64,000 bases of DNA. Origin: an uncultured Gemmatimonadaceae bacterium (GTDB lineage: Bacteria > Gemmatimonadota > Gemmatimonadetes > Gemmatimonadales > Gemmatimonadaceae). The stretch is taken from positions 448,001 to 512,000 of the forward strand of contig CAWJMB010000002.1 in the NCBI GenBank assembly GCA_963843845.1. The letters run 5' to 3'. The translations under genes were made by a program, and so were the position numbers. The notes under the pieces were generated by a model. It had not been told where the DNA came from and did no database searches. It was given only the letters and a program-made list of their open reading frames with translations. Of the stretch, positions 1 through 8,536 are shown in pieces; positions within the stretch are counted from its first letter, which is position 1, and each line of letters starts with the position of its first letter.

Positions 1-1168
1 CCGTAGTCGTTCTGCTCGCCGAACGCCTGGAACTGGTTGCGCGTCGTGACGTAGTTGGTCGTCACGTTCGCGAGCAGCGTCGGCGCGAGCTGCTGCTGCA
101 GGTTCACGCGCCCGCCCGCGCGCCGCGACGACGTCGAGCGGAGGATGCCGTCCTCGTTCAGCGTAGTTGCCGCTGACGTAGTAGCGCGTCGCGTCGCTGC
201 CGCCCTCGACGGTGAGGTTCTGCTCCGTGCCCGGCGCGCGCCGGAAGATGTCGTTCTGGTAGTTGAAGCGCGGCGTCGGCAGGCCGGCCGCGTCGAACGG
301 GTAGAAGTTGAACGGCTGCTGCTCGCGCAGCTCGCTCGACGAGTAGCGGCTCGAGCAGCGTGAAGCGCGGCCGGCCGATCGTGCCGCGCTTCGTGAAGAT
401 CTGCACGACGCCGTTGTTGGCGCGCGATCCGTAGAGCGCCGCCGCCGCCGCGCCGCGAATGACCTCGACGCGCTCGATGTCGGCCGGGTTGATGTCGGCG
501 AGCCGGTTCTGCGGATTCGAGCGCCCGCCGAGGTCGGCGAGCTGCGCCGAGCCGTTGTCGACGATGACGCCGTCGACGATGTAGAGCGGGTCGGAGCCGG
601 AGATGAACGAGTTCGTGCCGCGGAGGCGCACCGAGATGCCGCCGCCGCCCGGGCCGCCCGAGTTCTGCGTGATCTGCGCGCCCGGCAGCTTTCCCTGCAG
701 CGCCTGGTCGACCGTGACCGCCTGCGCTCGGCTGATGACGGCCGAGTCGACCGAGGCGACGCTCGTCCCGAGCTTGCGGCGCTCGGTCGGTGTCGCCCGA
801 TCCGGTGACGACGACCTCGCTCAGGTTGAGCGCGCTGACCTCGAGGCGCAGCTCGACGGTCGCCGTCCCCCCGCGCTCACCGTGACGGCCTGCGACGCGG
901 GTTGGAAGCCGATGCGCCGCGCCGCGAGGGTGCGCGCGCCGGCGGGAACGGCCGTGATCGTGAAGGTGCCGTCCGAGCCCGTCGCGGCACCGAGCCGGGT
1001 GCCGGTCACGACGACCTGCACGGCCTCGAGCGCGCGTCCGGACGCCGCGTCGGTCACGCGTCCGCGGACGGTGCCGGTCGTGGATTGGGCGAGCAGCGCA
1101 GGGGCGAACGCGAGCAGCGTGGTCGCGACGGCGCAGACGGCGCTGCGTCGAACCGGGAGGGGAGACAT
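1..1168 (-). CDS. SusC/RagA-family TonB-dependent outer membrane receptor, N-terminal part (runs off window; frameshifted)
   Basis: Signal peptide plus carboxypeptidase-regulatory-like domain (GTVRGRVTDAASG...ARRIGF). SusC plug motifs SDPLYIVDGV and DINPADIERVEVIRGAAAAALYGSRANNGVVQIFTKRG. Split across frames near ~865, ~800 and ~360. Confidence 0.85.
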
Positions 1169-1307
1169 CAGTGTGGCCTCGAGGTGCGGTGAGGCCGTAA
1201 CCATAGCCCGCGACCGGGGGGCTTAGCCAGCGCGGAGCCGCGCGTGGGGCGACGCGTGGGGAGCGCGGTCGCTCACGTCAGGCGCCCGTCGGAATGGTCC
1301 CCGACAT

Positions 1308-2003
1308 TCACGCCTCCGCCACGAACACGACCGAGGCCGGCCGCCCCGTTCTCGGATGAACCGGCTCACGCAGCTCGCGCAGTCGGAACCCGCTCTCGTC
1401 GAACAGCCGCACCCAGCGCTCGATCGTGCGGAAGTACCACGGCGCCGGGTCGCTGAAGGCGTCGCCGAAGCCGGTCCACGAGCCGGGGCGCCAGCCGTCC
1501 TCGTAGGGCGCGTCGCCGGTCGCGATCACGGGGTGCAGCGTCTGCACGACGAGCGCGCCGCCCGGGCGCAGGAGCGCGGGGGTGCGGTGGACGAGGGCGT
1601 CGACCGCCTCGTGCCCGATGAGCGCGAAGTTCGCGACGACGACGTCGACGCCGATGACGTCGGGAGGCAGCTCGCGCAGCGGCGCCGTCGCGAGCGTCTC
1701 GTACGACGCGACGTGGAACGCGCCGCCGCCTACCGTTCGTGCCCGGTCGATCAGCGCCGGGATCGCGTCGACGCCGACCGCGCGGACGCCGGCGGTGCCT
1801 AACGCGCGCACGAGCCACCCCTCGCCGCAGCCGACGTCGACGACCGACCGTGGGGCGCGGGCGAGCACGGCGTCCAGCACGGCGCGGTCGGTGACGAGGC
1901 GGCGGCTCTCGATCTCCTGATTGCGCACCGCATCGGTCCATGGCGCGGCGTTCGTGTGCCACGAGTCGAGGACCTTCGCGTCACTCAGCGGGTCGATCGA
2001 CAT
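1308..2003 (-). CDS. Class I SAM-dependent methyltransferase
   Basis: Motif I VVDVGCGEG followed by GVD; 231 aa. Confidence 0.85.
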   Translation of the reverse strand: MSIDPLSDAKVLDSWHTNAAPWTDAVRNQEIESRRLVTDRAVLDAVLARAPRSVVDVGCGEGWLVRALGTAGVRAVGVDAIPALIDRARTVGGGAFHVASYETLATAPLRELPPDVIGVDVVVANFALIGHEAVDALVHRTPALLRPGGALVVQTLHPVIATGDAPYEDGWRPGSWTGFGDAFSDPAPWYFRTIERWVRLFDESGFRLRELREPVHPRTGRPASVVFVAEA

Positions 2004-2316
2004 CGGCGAGACTCGCGTACCAGGGGGCGTACGGGGTGGTGCGTGCCATGCGCCGATTGTAGTCGGGCGCGCCGTCCGTCCACCAGACCGGGCCGCGCTC
2101 GCCGAGCGCCACCTTCGCCACGTCGACCGCCGCGCCGGCCGCCGCGAGCGCCTGCGCGTCGTCCGACCGCCGCGCGACGCCGACCGCCCGACGAGCGCGC
2201 ATCAACTCCCGGGTGAGCCGCGCGCGCTCGTCGGGCGCGAGCGCCGGATCCGCGCACCGCCACAGCCGGCCGCGCACGACGAAGTAGCGGCCGTCCGGCG
2301 TCACGGGGTAGCGCAC
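1981..2316 (-). CDS. Conserved hypothetical protein (TPDGRYFVVRGRLWR...LGERGPVWW type)
   Basis: Protein-like C-terminal part of ORF 1981..2709; GTG start inferred at 2316. Confidence 0.65.
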   Translation of the reverse strand: MRYPVTPDGRYFVVRGRLWRCADPALAPDERARLTRELMRARRAVGVARRSDDAQALAAAGAAVDVAKVALGERGPVWWTDGAPDYNRRMARTTPYAPWYASLADVDRPAE

Positions 2317-2366
2317 GCGGACGGCCGCGCGTCGGGCGCCGGCGGCCGTCGCGCGCGCCGCCCCGC

Positions 2367-2945
2367 TCAGTGCACCATGAACGTGGCGGACGCCCTGTAC
2401 GTGTCCCACGCGATCGTGAGCACGCCGCTGCCGGCCGTCGTCGGCGCGACCGCGATCGTGAGCGTCTCGACGACCGGGTTGTTCGACGTCACCGTGAGCG
2501 GCACGCGGACGAGATCCTGCTTCGCGTCGTAGGCCGTGCCCCACTGCTTCGTCTGCCGGTTGATGACGAGCTCCCACTTGCCGGTCTCGACGAGGTGCGT
2601 GAACAGGGTGTACGTGCCGGCCGGCACCATCGCGTTGCCGAACATGAGCGGCTTCGTGGTGGTGAAGTGCGTCGCCTCGTTCGCGCCGGTGCGCCACACC
2701 ATCCCCCACTTCATGTCGGAGAGGCCGTTGAACAGGACGCGTCCACGCTTGGACGGGCGGCCGTAGTTCACCGTGATCGTCGCGCCGGCCACGTTCGCGG
2801 TGAGCGAGTCGCGCGGCGAGCCGGCCGGCTGCGCGGAGCGAACGGCGGCGGTGGGGGAGGCCGCGGGCGCGGCGTCGTGCATCTGGGCGCCGGCCGGAAG
2901 GGCGACGGCGAGCAGCGTCAGGGCGGAGAAGAGGCGGGTCGTCAT
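2367..2945 (-). CDS. DUF2911 domain secreted protein
   Basis: Signal peptide; motifs ITVNYGRPSKRGR, VWRTGANEAT, VPAGTYTLF. Confidence 0.85.
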   Translation of the reverse strand: MTTRLFSALTLLAVALPAGAQMHDAAPAASPTAAVRSAQPAGSPRDSLTANVAGATITVNYGRPSKRGRVLFNGLSDMKWGMVWRTGANEATHFTTTKPLMFGNAMVPAGTYTLFTHLVETGKWELVINRQTKQWGTAYDAKQDLVRVPLTVTSNNPVVETLTIAVAPTTAGSGVLTIAWDTYRASATFMVH

Positions 2946-3133
2946 GGGGTGGATGGAGAGTGAGCGGTGTTGGACCCCGAACGCCCGTCGGAGTTCGCGC
3001 CGGGTGGATGCGGGGTCAGGCCCGCGGGCTCGGCGGCGACGCCCCGGTCGCTGGCGTCGCGCGCGGGGCGCCTCGGTGTCGTCGCCGCGGCCCACTGGAC
3101 GAACGTCGGCACGAGTGCGTGACGCACTGATCG

Positions 3134-3601
3134 TCATCGTCCTCGGGTGCGTGGAGCTGCCGCGTTCGGGACGGCGCTGACGTGCCCGCCGGCCACGCGC
3201 CACGCGCCGGCGCCGTTCTCACGCGCCCAGACGCGGGTGTAGCAGAACGTGCCGAGCACGACTCCGCCCGCGACCTCGACCGTCAAGCGGGCCCGCAACG
3301 CGGTCACGGCCACGTCGGGGCCGATACGCCGCACGCGCAGCTCCTCCGGCTCGTGCGCCCGGACGCGCACGGCGCCGGAGCGGTGCGCCTCGAGGTCCTG
3401 CGACTTCGTGCCGAGCTGCCCGTCCGGCCCCGTGAAGAGCAGCTCGTCGGCGATCAGCGCATCGAGCGCCGTGACGTCCGCCGCCAGCTGCGCCGACCGG
3501 AGCCGCGCTTCGAGCGCGACGATCTCCGCGTCGGGCGCGCCCACCAGCGCGGCGGCGATGGGGAGACATTCGGCGTCGGTCACGTCGGTCACGTCGAGCA
3601 T
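3134..3601 (-). CDS. NTF2-like/DUF4440 family protein (possible distal integron cassette)
   Basis: ADVTALDALIADELLFTGPDG...YTRVW pattern; starts just downstream of the collapsed attC-like site at 3635-3673. Confidence 0.75.
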   Translation of the reverse strand: MLDVTDVTDAECLPIAAALVGAPDAEIVALEARLRSAQLAADVTALDALIADELLFTGPDGQLGTKSQDLEAHRSGAVRVRAHEPEELRVRRIGPDVAVTALRARLTVEVAGGVVLGTFCYTRVWARENGAGAWRVAGGHVSAVPNAAAPRTRGR

Positions 3602-3634
3602 GACGAGAGCCTGGGGGTCGTGTGGGAGTCGGCG

Positions 3635-3673
3635 GCCGGACGTCCGGCCTCAGCTGCAACGTATGCGTCGGGC
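3635..3673 (-). other. Collapsed/degenerate attC remnant
   Basis: + strand GCCGGAC-gtccggcc-TCAGCTGCAA-cgtatgc-GTCGGGC keeps both R-box-like ends and one L-box-like segment of the neighbouring attCs; central stem absent. Confidence 0.4.
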
Positions 3674-3766
3674 GGCACCACGCTGCGCGCGGCGAGGGCG
3701 TGGCCGACCGTCATCGCTCCGACCGCCGGCGAGCCGACGAGCGCGGCGGTGACGAGGCGGCTGGCG

Positions 3767-4366
3767 TCAGGGGGCCGACCGCGGGGCGGCCGGCGCGTAC
3801 GCCGCATGATGATGCGTCGGCACCTCCACCTCCAGCTCGGCCAGGAAGCGCTCGCGCGCGCGCTTCCACATGCCGAAGACTTCCTCGTGGGTCTCCTCCC
3901 GCCGCTCCGCCGTCGCCTGGTCGCCGAAGCCGAGCGCCTTGATCTGCTCGCGGATCTGCTTGACCGGCTCGAACGGGTACCATCCGGTCGACGACACGCC
4001 CGAGGGCACGTTCGCGTAGAAGCCCCGGACCGCCTCGATGGCGGCGCTCAGACGGCGCAGGACCTCCGCGTAGTGTTCCTGCGACGGCCTCGGGAGCTCC
4101 GTGTAGGTGAGGGCCGCCGCGACGGCCCCCACCATGTCGGCCCACACGGCGCGCAGCCCCTGCACGTAGGCGGCCCGGCGCTGGAATGCCTGCGCGAGAA
4201 AGGCGGCGGGGAGCGCGATGATCAGCGGGATCAGATCCCGATACGTCTGGTACACGGCCGTGTCGGCACCGGGGAACGTGACCCGCAGGGCGACGCCGAG
4301 GAGGATCGCACCGCCATACACTGCCGCAACCGTGCGCGTCACGCGCGAGAGCCGCCTGCGGGTCAT
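3767..4366 (-). CDS. Hypothetical membrane protein (two N-terminal TM helices), cassette-borne
   Basis: 199-aa ORF with hydrophobic segments; starts ~30 bp from the attC at 4398. Confidence 0.7.
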   Translation of the reverse strand: MTRRRLSRVTRTVAAVYGGAILLGVALRVTFPGADTAVYQTYRDLIPLIIALPAAFLAQAFQRRAAYVQGLRAVWADMVGAVAAALTYTELPRPSQEHYAEVLRRLSAAIEAVRGFYANVPSGVSSTGWYPFEPVKQIREQIKALGFGDQATAERREETHEEVFGMWKRARERFLAELEVEVPTHHHAAYAPAAPRSAP

Positions 4367-4397
4367 CTCGGCCGTCCGGTGAATGGTGTGCGTGTCC

Positions 4398-4490
4398 GCG
4401 GAACGCCCACGTTCAGCTCCGGAGCGGGCCGCGCGATCTCAGCCGCCGCGAGGAGCGGCGGCCCGCTACGTCAGCTGCGACAACGTAACG
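4398..4490 (-). other. attC site (degenerate)
   Basis: GCGGAAC-gcccacg-TTCAGCT...agcgggccgc/gcggcccgct stem...GTCAGCTGCGA; outer right end decayed. Confidence 0.6.
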
Positions 4491-4509
4491 TCGTCACCCC
4501 CGACGCCCT

Positions 4510-4655
4510 ACCGCGCGGTCGTGGCGAAGGAGCTCGCGCGCATCGTCTGCGACGTCCTCACGAAGCAGGAGGCATTCAACGGCACGTTCACAGGCAAACC
4601 GCTGAGTCGCAGGAAGTCGTCGCAGTGGCCGCGGCCGGCGAGCCCGCCCGTCTGA
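4510..4655 (+). pseudogene. IS110-family transposase C-terminal remnant (tentative)
   Basis: Translates RAVVAKELARIVCDVLTKQEAFNGTFTGKPLSRRKSSQWPRPASPPV*, resembling the 'A-VA-ARKLARI-YAVL' C-terminal helix of IS110 transposases; followed by a small hairpin (CGGCTCC-gcga-GGAGCCG). Confidence 0.45.
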
Positions 4656-4766
4656 CTGGAGCCGGCTCCGCGAGGAGCCGCGTCGCGCCGTCATATCGGA
4701 TTGTGCCGCCAACCGTCGCGCCGCCGGAGAACCTCTGGGCCCGGCCCTGCAATGATGCCCGTCGCT

Positions 4767-4862
4767 CGCTCACGCCCGAGTTCACCTGCGAACGCGCGCG
4801 GCTGGAGCCGTGGATGCCGAGGGGCGATGCGCGCGTTCGTCAGGTGCAACGATTCGTGAGGC
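4767..4862 (-). other. attC site (R boxes degenerate)
   Basis: cgctcac-gcccgag-TTCACCTG-cgaacgcgcgc...gcgcgcgttcg-TCAGGTGCAA-cgattc-GTGAGGC; same architecture and extra unpaired bases as the attC at 5507-5604; directly after the toxin stop. Confidence 0.75.
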
Positions 4863-4863
4863 C

Positions 4864-5165
4864 TCACGCGCGCCGGCGCCAGGTCCGCGGCTGCCGGCGC
4901 TGGTGGACGACCGCGCGGACCTCGATGAGTTCCGCCTCCGGCAGGAGTCGATAGTAGAGCGAGTACGGGAACCGGTGGAGAAGCGCACGCCGGACGCCCC
5001 GGTGCACCTCCGGGCACGCCGCCGGGTGGTCGGCAATGAGGCCCGTCGCGCGCCCACCTCTTCCAGGAACTCATCCCCGAGCCCGCCGCGCGCCGCCTCG
5101 TAGTCCGCGTACGCCTCGGCGACGTCCTCGTCGGCGAGCGGCGTGAACCGGACCTGCCAGCTCAC
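4864..5165 (-). CDS. RelE/ParE-family toxin (1-bp frameshift near 5053)
   Basis: VRFTPLADEDVAEAYADYEAARGGLGDEFLEEV, continuing in another frame as LIADHPAACPEVHRGVRRALLHRFPYSLYYR...VVHQRRQP; one G missing from a G run. Confidence 0.85.
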
Positions 5166-5175
5166 GCCGCCCGCC

Positions 5176-5394
5176 TCACCGCGGGCGTCGCGCGCTCGCG
5201 CGCACCTCGTCCCACGTCCGCGTCCCGAACTCCCGCGGGTCCGCGAGGCGGTCGTCGAGCACCTCCCGGTGCCAGTCGGGCACCGGGACGTCCGCCGGGG
5301 ACGTCGCGAGGCTATCCCAGATGTCCTCGACCAGCCGCAGCCGCTGGTCGGGGGGGAGCTGGAGGATATCGTAGAGGATCGGGCGGGCACTCAT
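5176..5394 (-). CDS. Addiction module antitoxin component (Unstab_antitox/TIGR02574-like)
   Basis: LQLPPDQRLRLVEDIWDSL...VPDWHREVLDDRL...TWDEVR; immediately upstream of the ParE-like toxin. Confidence 0.85.
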   Translation of the reverse strand: MSARPILYDILQLPPDQRLRLVEDIWDSLATSPADVPVPDWHREVLDDRLADPREFGTRTWDEVRASARRPR

Positions 5395-5506
5395 GCCAGT
5401 AACCTTGGGCCAGACGGCCCACGGAGCAAGCGCTGGCCGGAGCGGGCTCGTCACCGGCGCCGGCGCCCGCGAACCTCGGTCGCCCGCTCATCGGCGCCTG
5501 GATGAG

Positions 5507-5604
5507 GCCTAACGCTCAGGTTAAGCTGCGAAGCCGGCCTCACGGTGGTCTGCTGCCGGCGCGGAAGACCTGCCGGCTTCGTCAGCTTCAACCACCCGTT
5601 AGGC
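5507..5604 (-). other. attC site (intact, 98 bp)
   Basis: Minus strand: R'' GCCTAAC-gggtgg-TTGAAGCTGA...GCAGCTTAA-cctgagc-R' GTTAGGC with extrahelical bases; stop codon TAA of 5599..5871 lies inside R''. Confidence 0.93.
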
Positions 5605-5871
5605 GGCGCGCTGGGCGACGAGGTCTCTCAGGAACTCGGGCGCCAGGTCGGCGCCGTTCGGCCACGCGACCGTGCGCACCTCCGGGTCGAGGCGGACCCG
5701 GGCGAACACGGCCGGGTCGCGCAGCGGCTCGAAGACCTCGCCCGTCAGCTCGGGGCCGAGGTCGACCTCGCCCTCGGCCCCGTCGCTGAACCGGAGCCAG
5801 AGCACGTAGGCGCCGACGTGGCGCGCGGCGGTGACGTGGAGCACGAGACCTCCGGGAGCGGGACCGCTCAA
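5599..5871 (-). CDS. DUF2442 domain protein (TA partner)
   Basis: LWLRFSDGAEGEVDL...GEVFEPLRDPAVF...TVAWPNGADLAPEFL. Confidence 0.88.
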   Translation of the reverse strand: MSGPAPGGLVLHVTAARHVGAYVLWLRFSDGAEGEVDLGPELTGEVFEPLRDPAVFARVRLDPEVRTVAWPNGADLAPEFLRDLVAQRAA

Positions 5872-5872
5872 C

Positions 5873-6130
5873 CTACTCCAGCGGCGGGATGGGCTTCAAC
5901 GGCTTCCGCTCCCGCGCCAGGGCCCAGTCCTCCAGCAGCGCGTCCCGGTGCGCGTCGAGCCACTCCAGCACGTGCCCCAGCGCGCGGCGCGGGAACCGGC
6001 CCGTGACGACCCCGTCGCGGATCCCCACGGTCACCTCGTACTCGCCGTAGGCGGCGTGGAAGTGCGGCGGCTCGTGGTCGCGGTAGAGGATCGAGATGAC
6101 GATCCCGAGGAACCGACTGATGACAGGCAT
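5873..6130 (-). CDS. DUF4160 domain protein (TA partner)
   Basis: MPVISRFLGIVISILYRDHEPPHFHAAYG...LLEDWALAR...IPPLE. Confidence 0.9.
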   Translation of the reverse strand: MPVISRFLGIVISILYRDHEPPHFHAAYGEYEVTVGIRDGVVTGRFPRRALGHVLEWLDAHRDALLEDWALARERKPLKPIPPLE

Positions 6131-6160
6131 GCCACGAAGATACGACGATCCCCGTAAGCC

Positions 6161-6257
6161 GCCGAACGCCCAGCTTAAGCTGCGAAGCCGCAGGGTTGGA
6201 GGGATGGATGACCACGGGATGCTGCGCGGCTTCGTCAGCTTCAAGCACTCGTCCGGC
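6161..6257 (-). other. attC site
   Basis: GCCGAAC-gcccagc-TTAAGCTG-cgaagccgc...gcggcttcg-TCAGCTTCAA-gcactc-GTCCGGC. Confidence 0.88.
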
Positions 6258-6339
6258 GGCGCGGACGACGCGTAACGGCTGGCTACCGCGCCGGCCATAC
6301 GCGTGCTACCCTCGGCAGCGCCTCCCAGCTCCCGCTCGC

Positions 6340-6564
6340 ATGCCGACGATCAAGGGCCTCCCCGGCCCCTATCGAGTCTACTTCTACAGCTTCGACTGCA
6401 ACGAGCCGCCGCACATCCACGTGCAGCGCGACCGGGCGTCGGCCAAGTTCTGGCTCGACCCGGTCGCCCTCGCCGCGAACCACGGCGTCGCGCCGCGCGA
6501 CCTGAGCGCGGCCCGGCGGCTTATCTTGGAGCACCGCCCACGAATCCTGGAGGCTTGGCAGTGA
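6340..6564 (+). CDS. DUF4160 domain protein (inverted TA cassette)
   Basis: GPYRVYFYSFDCNEPPHIHVQRDRASAKFWLDPV...ILEAW. Confidence 0.9.
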   Translation: MPTIKGLPGPYRVYFYSFDCNEPPHIHVQRDRASAKFWLDPVALAANHGVAPRDLSAARRLILEHRPRILEAWQ

Positions 6565-6839
6565 GCACTGCGGCGAGGCTGGACCGACCGGAGAGTGACC
6601 CGCGCGCCGTCGCGGTCGAGATCACAGACGACATTATCGCCGCCCGGCTCGCCGCCGGCCGGACGATCAGCGTGCCACTCGCGTGGTCGTGGCGCCTGGC
6701 CGACGCGACGCCGGCCCAGCGCGCGCGCTACGAACTGCTCGGCGACGGGAGCGGCATTCACTGGCCTGAGGTCGACGAGGACATCAGTGTCCGCGGGATG
6801 CTCGACGGCGTTCCGGCACGCCGGCCTGTCACGCGATAG
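6561..6839 (+). CDS. DUF2442 domain protein (inverted TA cassette)
   Basis: GRTISVPLAWSWRLADATPAQRARYEL...GIHWPEVDEDISV; GTGA overlap with the upstream gene. Confidence 0.9.
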   Translation: MSTAARLDRPESDPRAVAVEITDDIIAARLAAGRTISVPLAWSWRLADATPAQRARYELLGDGSGIHWPEVDEDISVRGMLDGVPARRPVTR

Positions 6840-6892
6840 CACCACCGCTCGGCAGACCGCGGCGTGTGTTGTCCGCCGAACGCCCACGCTTA

Positions 6893-7749
6893 GAGCCGAT
6901 CCTAAAACCGGCGTGAAATGTGCGGCATAACCGGGTAAGGACCCGACGTTTCGCACCGTTCCTGAGCCGCTCTGGCAGGCGGTCGCGCCCCTGCTGCCCC
7001 CCGAGCCGCCGAAGCCGAAGGGCGGTCGACCGCGGGTGTCGGATCGCGCCGTCCTCGCGGGGATCTTGTATCGCCTGCGCACCGGGTGCCAGTGGAAGGC
7101 GCTGCCGAGCGAGTTCGGCTCGGGCTCGACGTGCCATCTCCGCATGCAGCAGTGGGCGCGGGCCGGCGTGTTCACCGAGGCCTTCGCAGCGATGCTCCGC
7201 CGCTACGACCGGCGGCGCGGCATTCAGTGGACGTGGGCGGCGCTGGACGGCTTCATCGTCAAAGCGCCACAGGGGGGGACCTCACCGGGCCGAACCCGAC
7301 CGACCGCGCGAAAAGCGGTGCGAAGCGGCACGTCTTAACGGACGGCCGAGGCGTCCCGCACGCGGTCGTGCTCAGCGCGGCGAACACGCACGACAAGTGG
7401 AGCCTCGCCGCGACGCTCGACGCCGTCGTCCTCCAGACTCCGCGCGGGCCACGCCGGCCGGTCCACCTGTGCCTCGATAAAGGCTATGCGTTCCGCGACT
7501 GCGAGGCGGCGGTCCGCGCTCGCCGCATCGTTCCGCACATCCGGCAGCGGGGCGAGCCCCCGCTCGTCGGCCGCGTGCATGGGCGCCCGCGGCGCTGGGT
7601 CGTCGAGCGCACGGGCAGCTGGCACAACCGCTTCCGTACGCTGCTCGTCCGGTGGGGGCGCAAGGCGACCAACTATCTTGCCCTCGTCCAGCTGGCGTGC
7701 GCCCTCATCGCACTCCGCCACGCCCGTTAGGCGGTTTTAGGACCGGCTC
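6893..7749 (+). mobile_element. IS5-family insertion sequence (IS427-like subgroup), 857 bp
   Basis: 18-bp terminal inverted repeats with 17/18 match (6893-6910 GAGCCGATCCTAAAACCG; 7732-7749); TA duplication at 6891-92 and 7750-51. Confidence 0.92.
6931..7730 (+). CDS. IS5-family transposase, two ORFs joined by a -1 frameshift at the G7 run near 7273-7279
   Basis: OrfA LWQAVAPLLP...GGRPRVSDRAVLAGILYRLRTGCQWKALP; OrfB KRHVLTDGRGVP...LDKGY...RWVVERT; start codon uncertain. Confidence 0.88.
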
Positions 7750-7900
7750 TAAGCTGCAAGGCCGCAGGGTTGGAGCCAGGCTGCCGGTGCGGGGCGCTGC
7801 GCGGCCTTGTCAGCTTCAACCACACGTTAGGCCGGCCCGTGGGTGCGGCACCACGGGGTCGGCGCGGTGCGCGACGGCTCGGGCGCTCGCGGTGATCGAC

Positions 7901-8197
7901 TCAGCGGCGATCCCGCCAGTAGTCGGGACGCCGGCGGAAGTGCGCCACCGCGACGACGTACACGCGTTCGGCCTCGACCGCATACAGGATCGCGTACGGG
8001 AAGCGACGCACGAACACGCGGCGCAGGTTATCGCTGACCGGGGAGCCGTGCAGCGGCGCCTCGGCCGCGCGGTCGGTCGCCTCGCGCACCGCCAGGCCGA
8101 ACCGCACCCCGAGCCCTCGGCGCTCGCCCTCGTACCGCGCGACGGCCTCGTCGTAGTCGGCCTGCGCGTCCGGGTGGAACTCGAGCGCCAGGGCCAC
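7901..8197 (-). CDS. RelE/ParE-family toxin
   Basis: FHPDAQADYDEAVARYE...GLGVRF...RRFPYAILY...VVAVAHFRRRPDYW. Confidence 0.9.
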   Translation of the reverse strand: MALALEFHPDAQADYDEAVARYEGERRGLGVRFGLAVREATDRAAEAPLHGSPVSDNLRRVFVRRFPYAILYAVEAERVYVVAVAHFRRRPDYWRDRR

Positions 8198-8211
8198 CAG
8201 TCAGCGGACGC

Positions 8212-8499
8212 TCACTCCGCCGCGTCGCCGTGCCGTCGCGGCGGCAGGCCGGCGAAGACCGTCGCGGCGGACACCCCCGCGACCGTCCCGGCCCGCAGTT
8301 CCGCGAGGCGACGCTCGCCTTCGGCGACCCACGCCGCCTCGACCGCCTCGCGCGTCGCCGAGCCGTCCTCGCCCACGTCGTCGAGACTCGCGAGCAACAC
8401 CTCTGCGAACCGCGCGCGGTCGGCGGTCGGCAAGCGCAGGAGTTCGTATTCGAGCGTTTCAGAGGGACGAACCACGGGGCGCTCCGAAAGGGACTTCAC
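8212..8499 (-). CDS. Addiction module antitoxin component
   Basis: LLRLPTADRARFAEVLLASLD...VEAAWVAEGERRLAELRAG; start may lie further downstream. Confidence 0.85.
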   Translation of the reverse strand: MKSLSERPVVRPSETLEYELLRLPTADRARFAEVLLASLDDVGEDGSATREAVEAAWVAEGERRLAELRAGTVAGVSAATVFAGLPPRRHGDAAE

Positions 8500-8536
8500 T
8501 CAATGTAGCGTCGAAGGTCGCCGGGCGCGCAGCTCG

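Larger units (their letters stand above)
6875..7832 (-). other. attC site interrupted by IS5-family element
   Basis: Left part GCCGAAC-gcccacgc-TTA (6875-6892) and right part TAAGCTG-caaggccgc...gcggccttg-TCAGCTTCAA-ccacac-GTTAGGC (7750-7832) rejoin into a site closely similar to 6161-6257. Confidence 0.88.

Noticed and set aside
1308..2003. Methyltransferase as the missing ArsM
   Set aside because: It lacks the multiple conserved Cys of ArsM and lies 28 kb from arsS.
2965..3040. Possible further attC remnant (CCGAACGCCC...GTCAGG)
   Set aside because: Only a short match to one end; no convincing L boxes or stem.
7726..7732. GTTAGGC at the transposase stop as an extra att site
   Set aside because: It lies inside the IS, formed by the stop codon and the IR edge, and has no partner arm.
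4398..7832. Recurrent repeats as a CRISPR array
   Set aside because: Units are ~95-100 bp imperfect palindromes separated by whole genes, with attC architecture; no cas genes are present.
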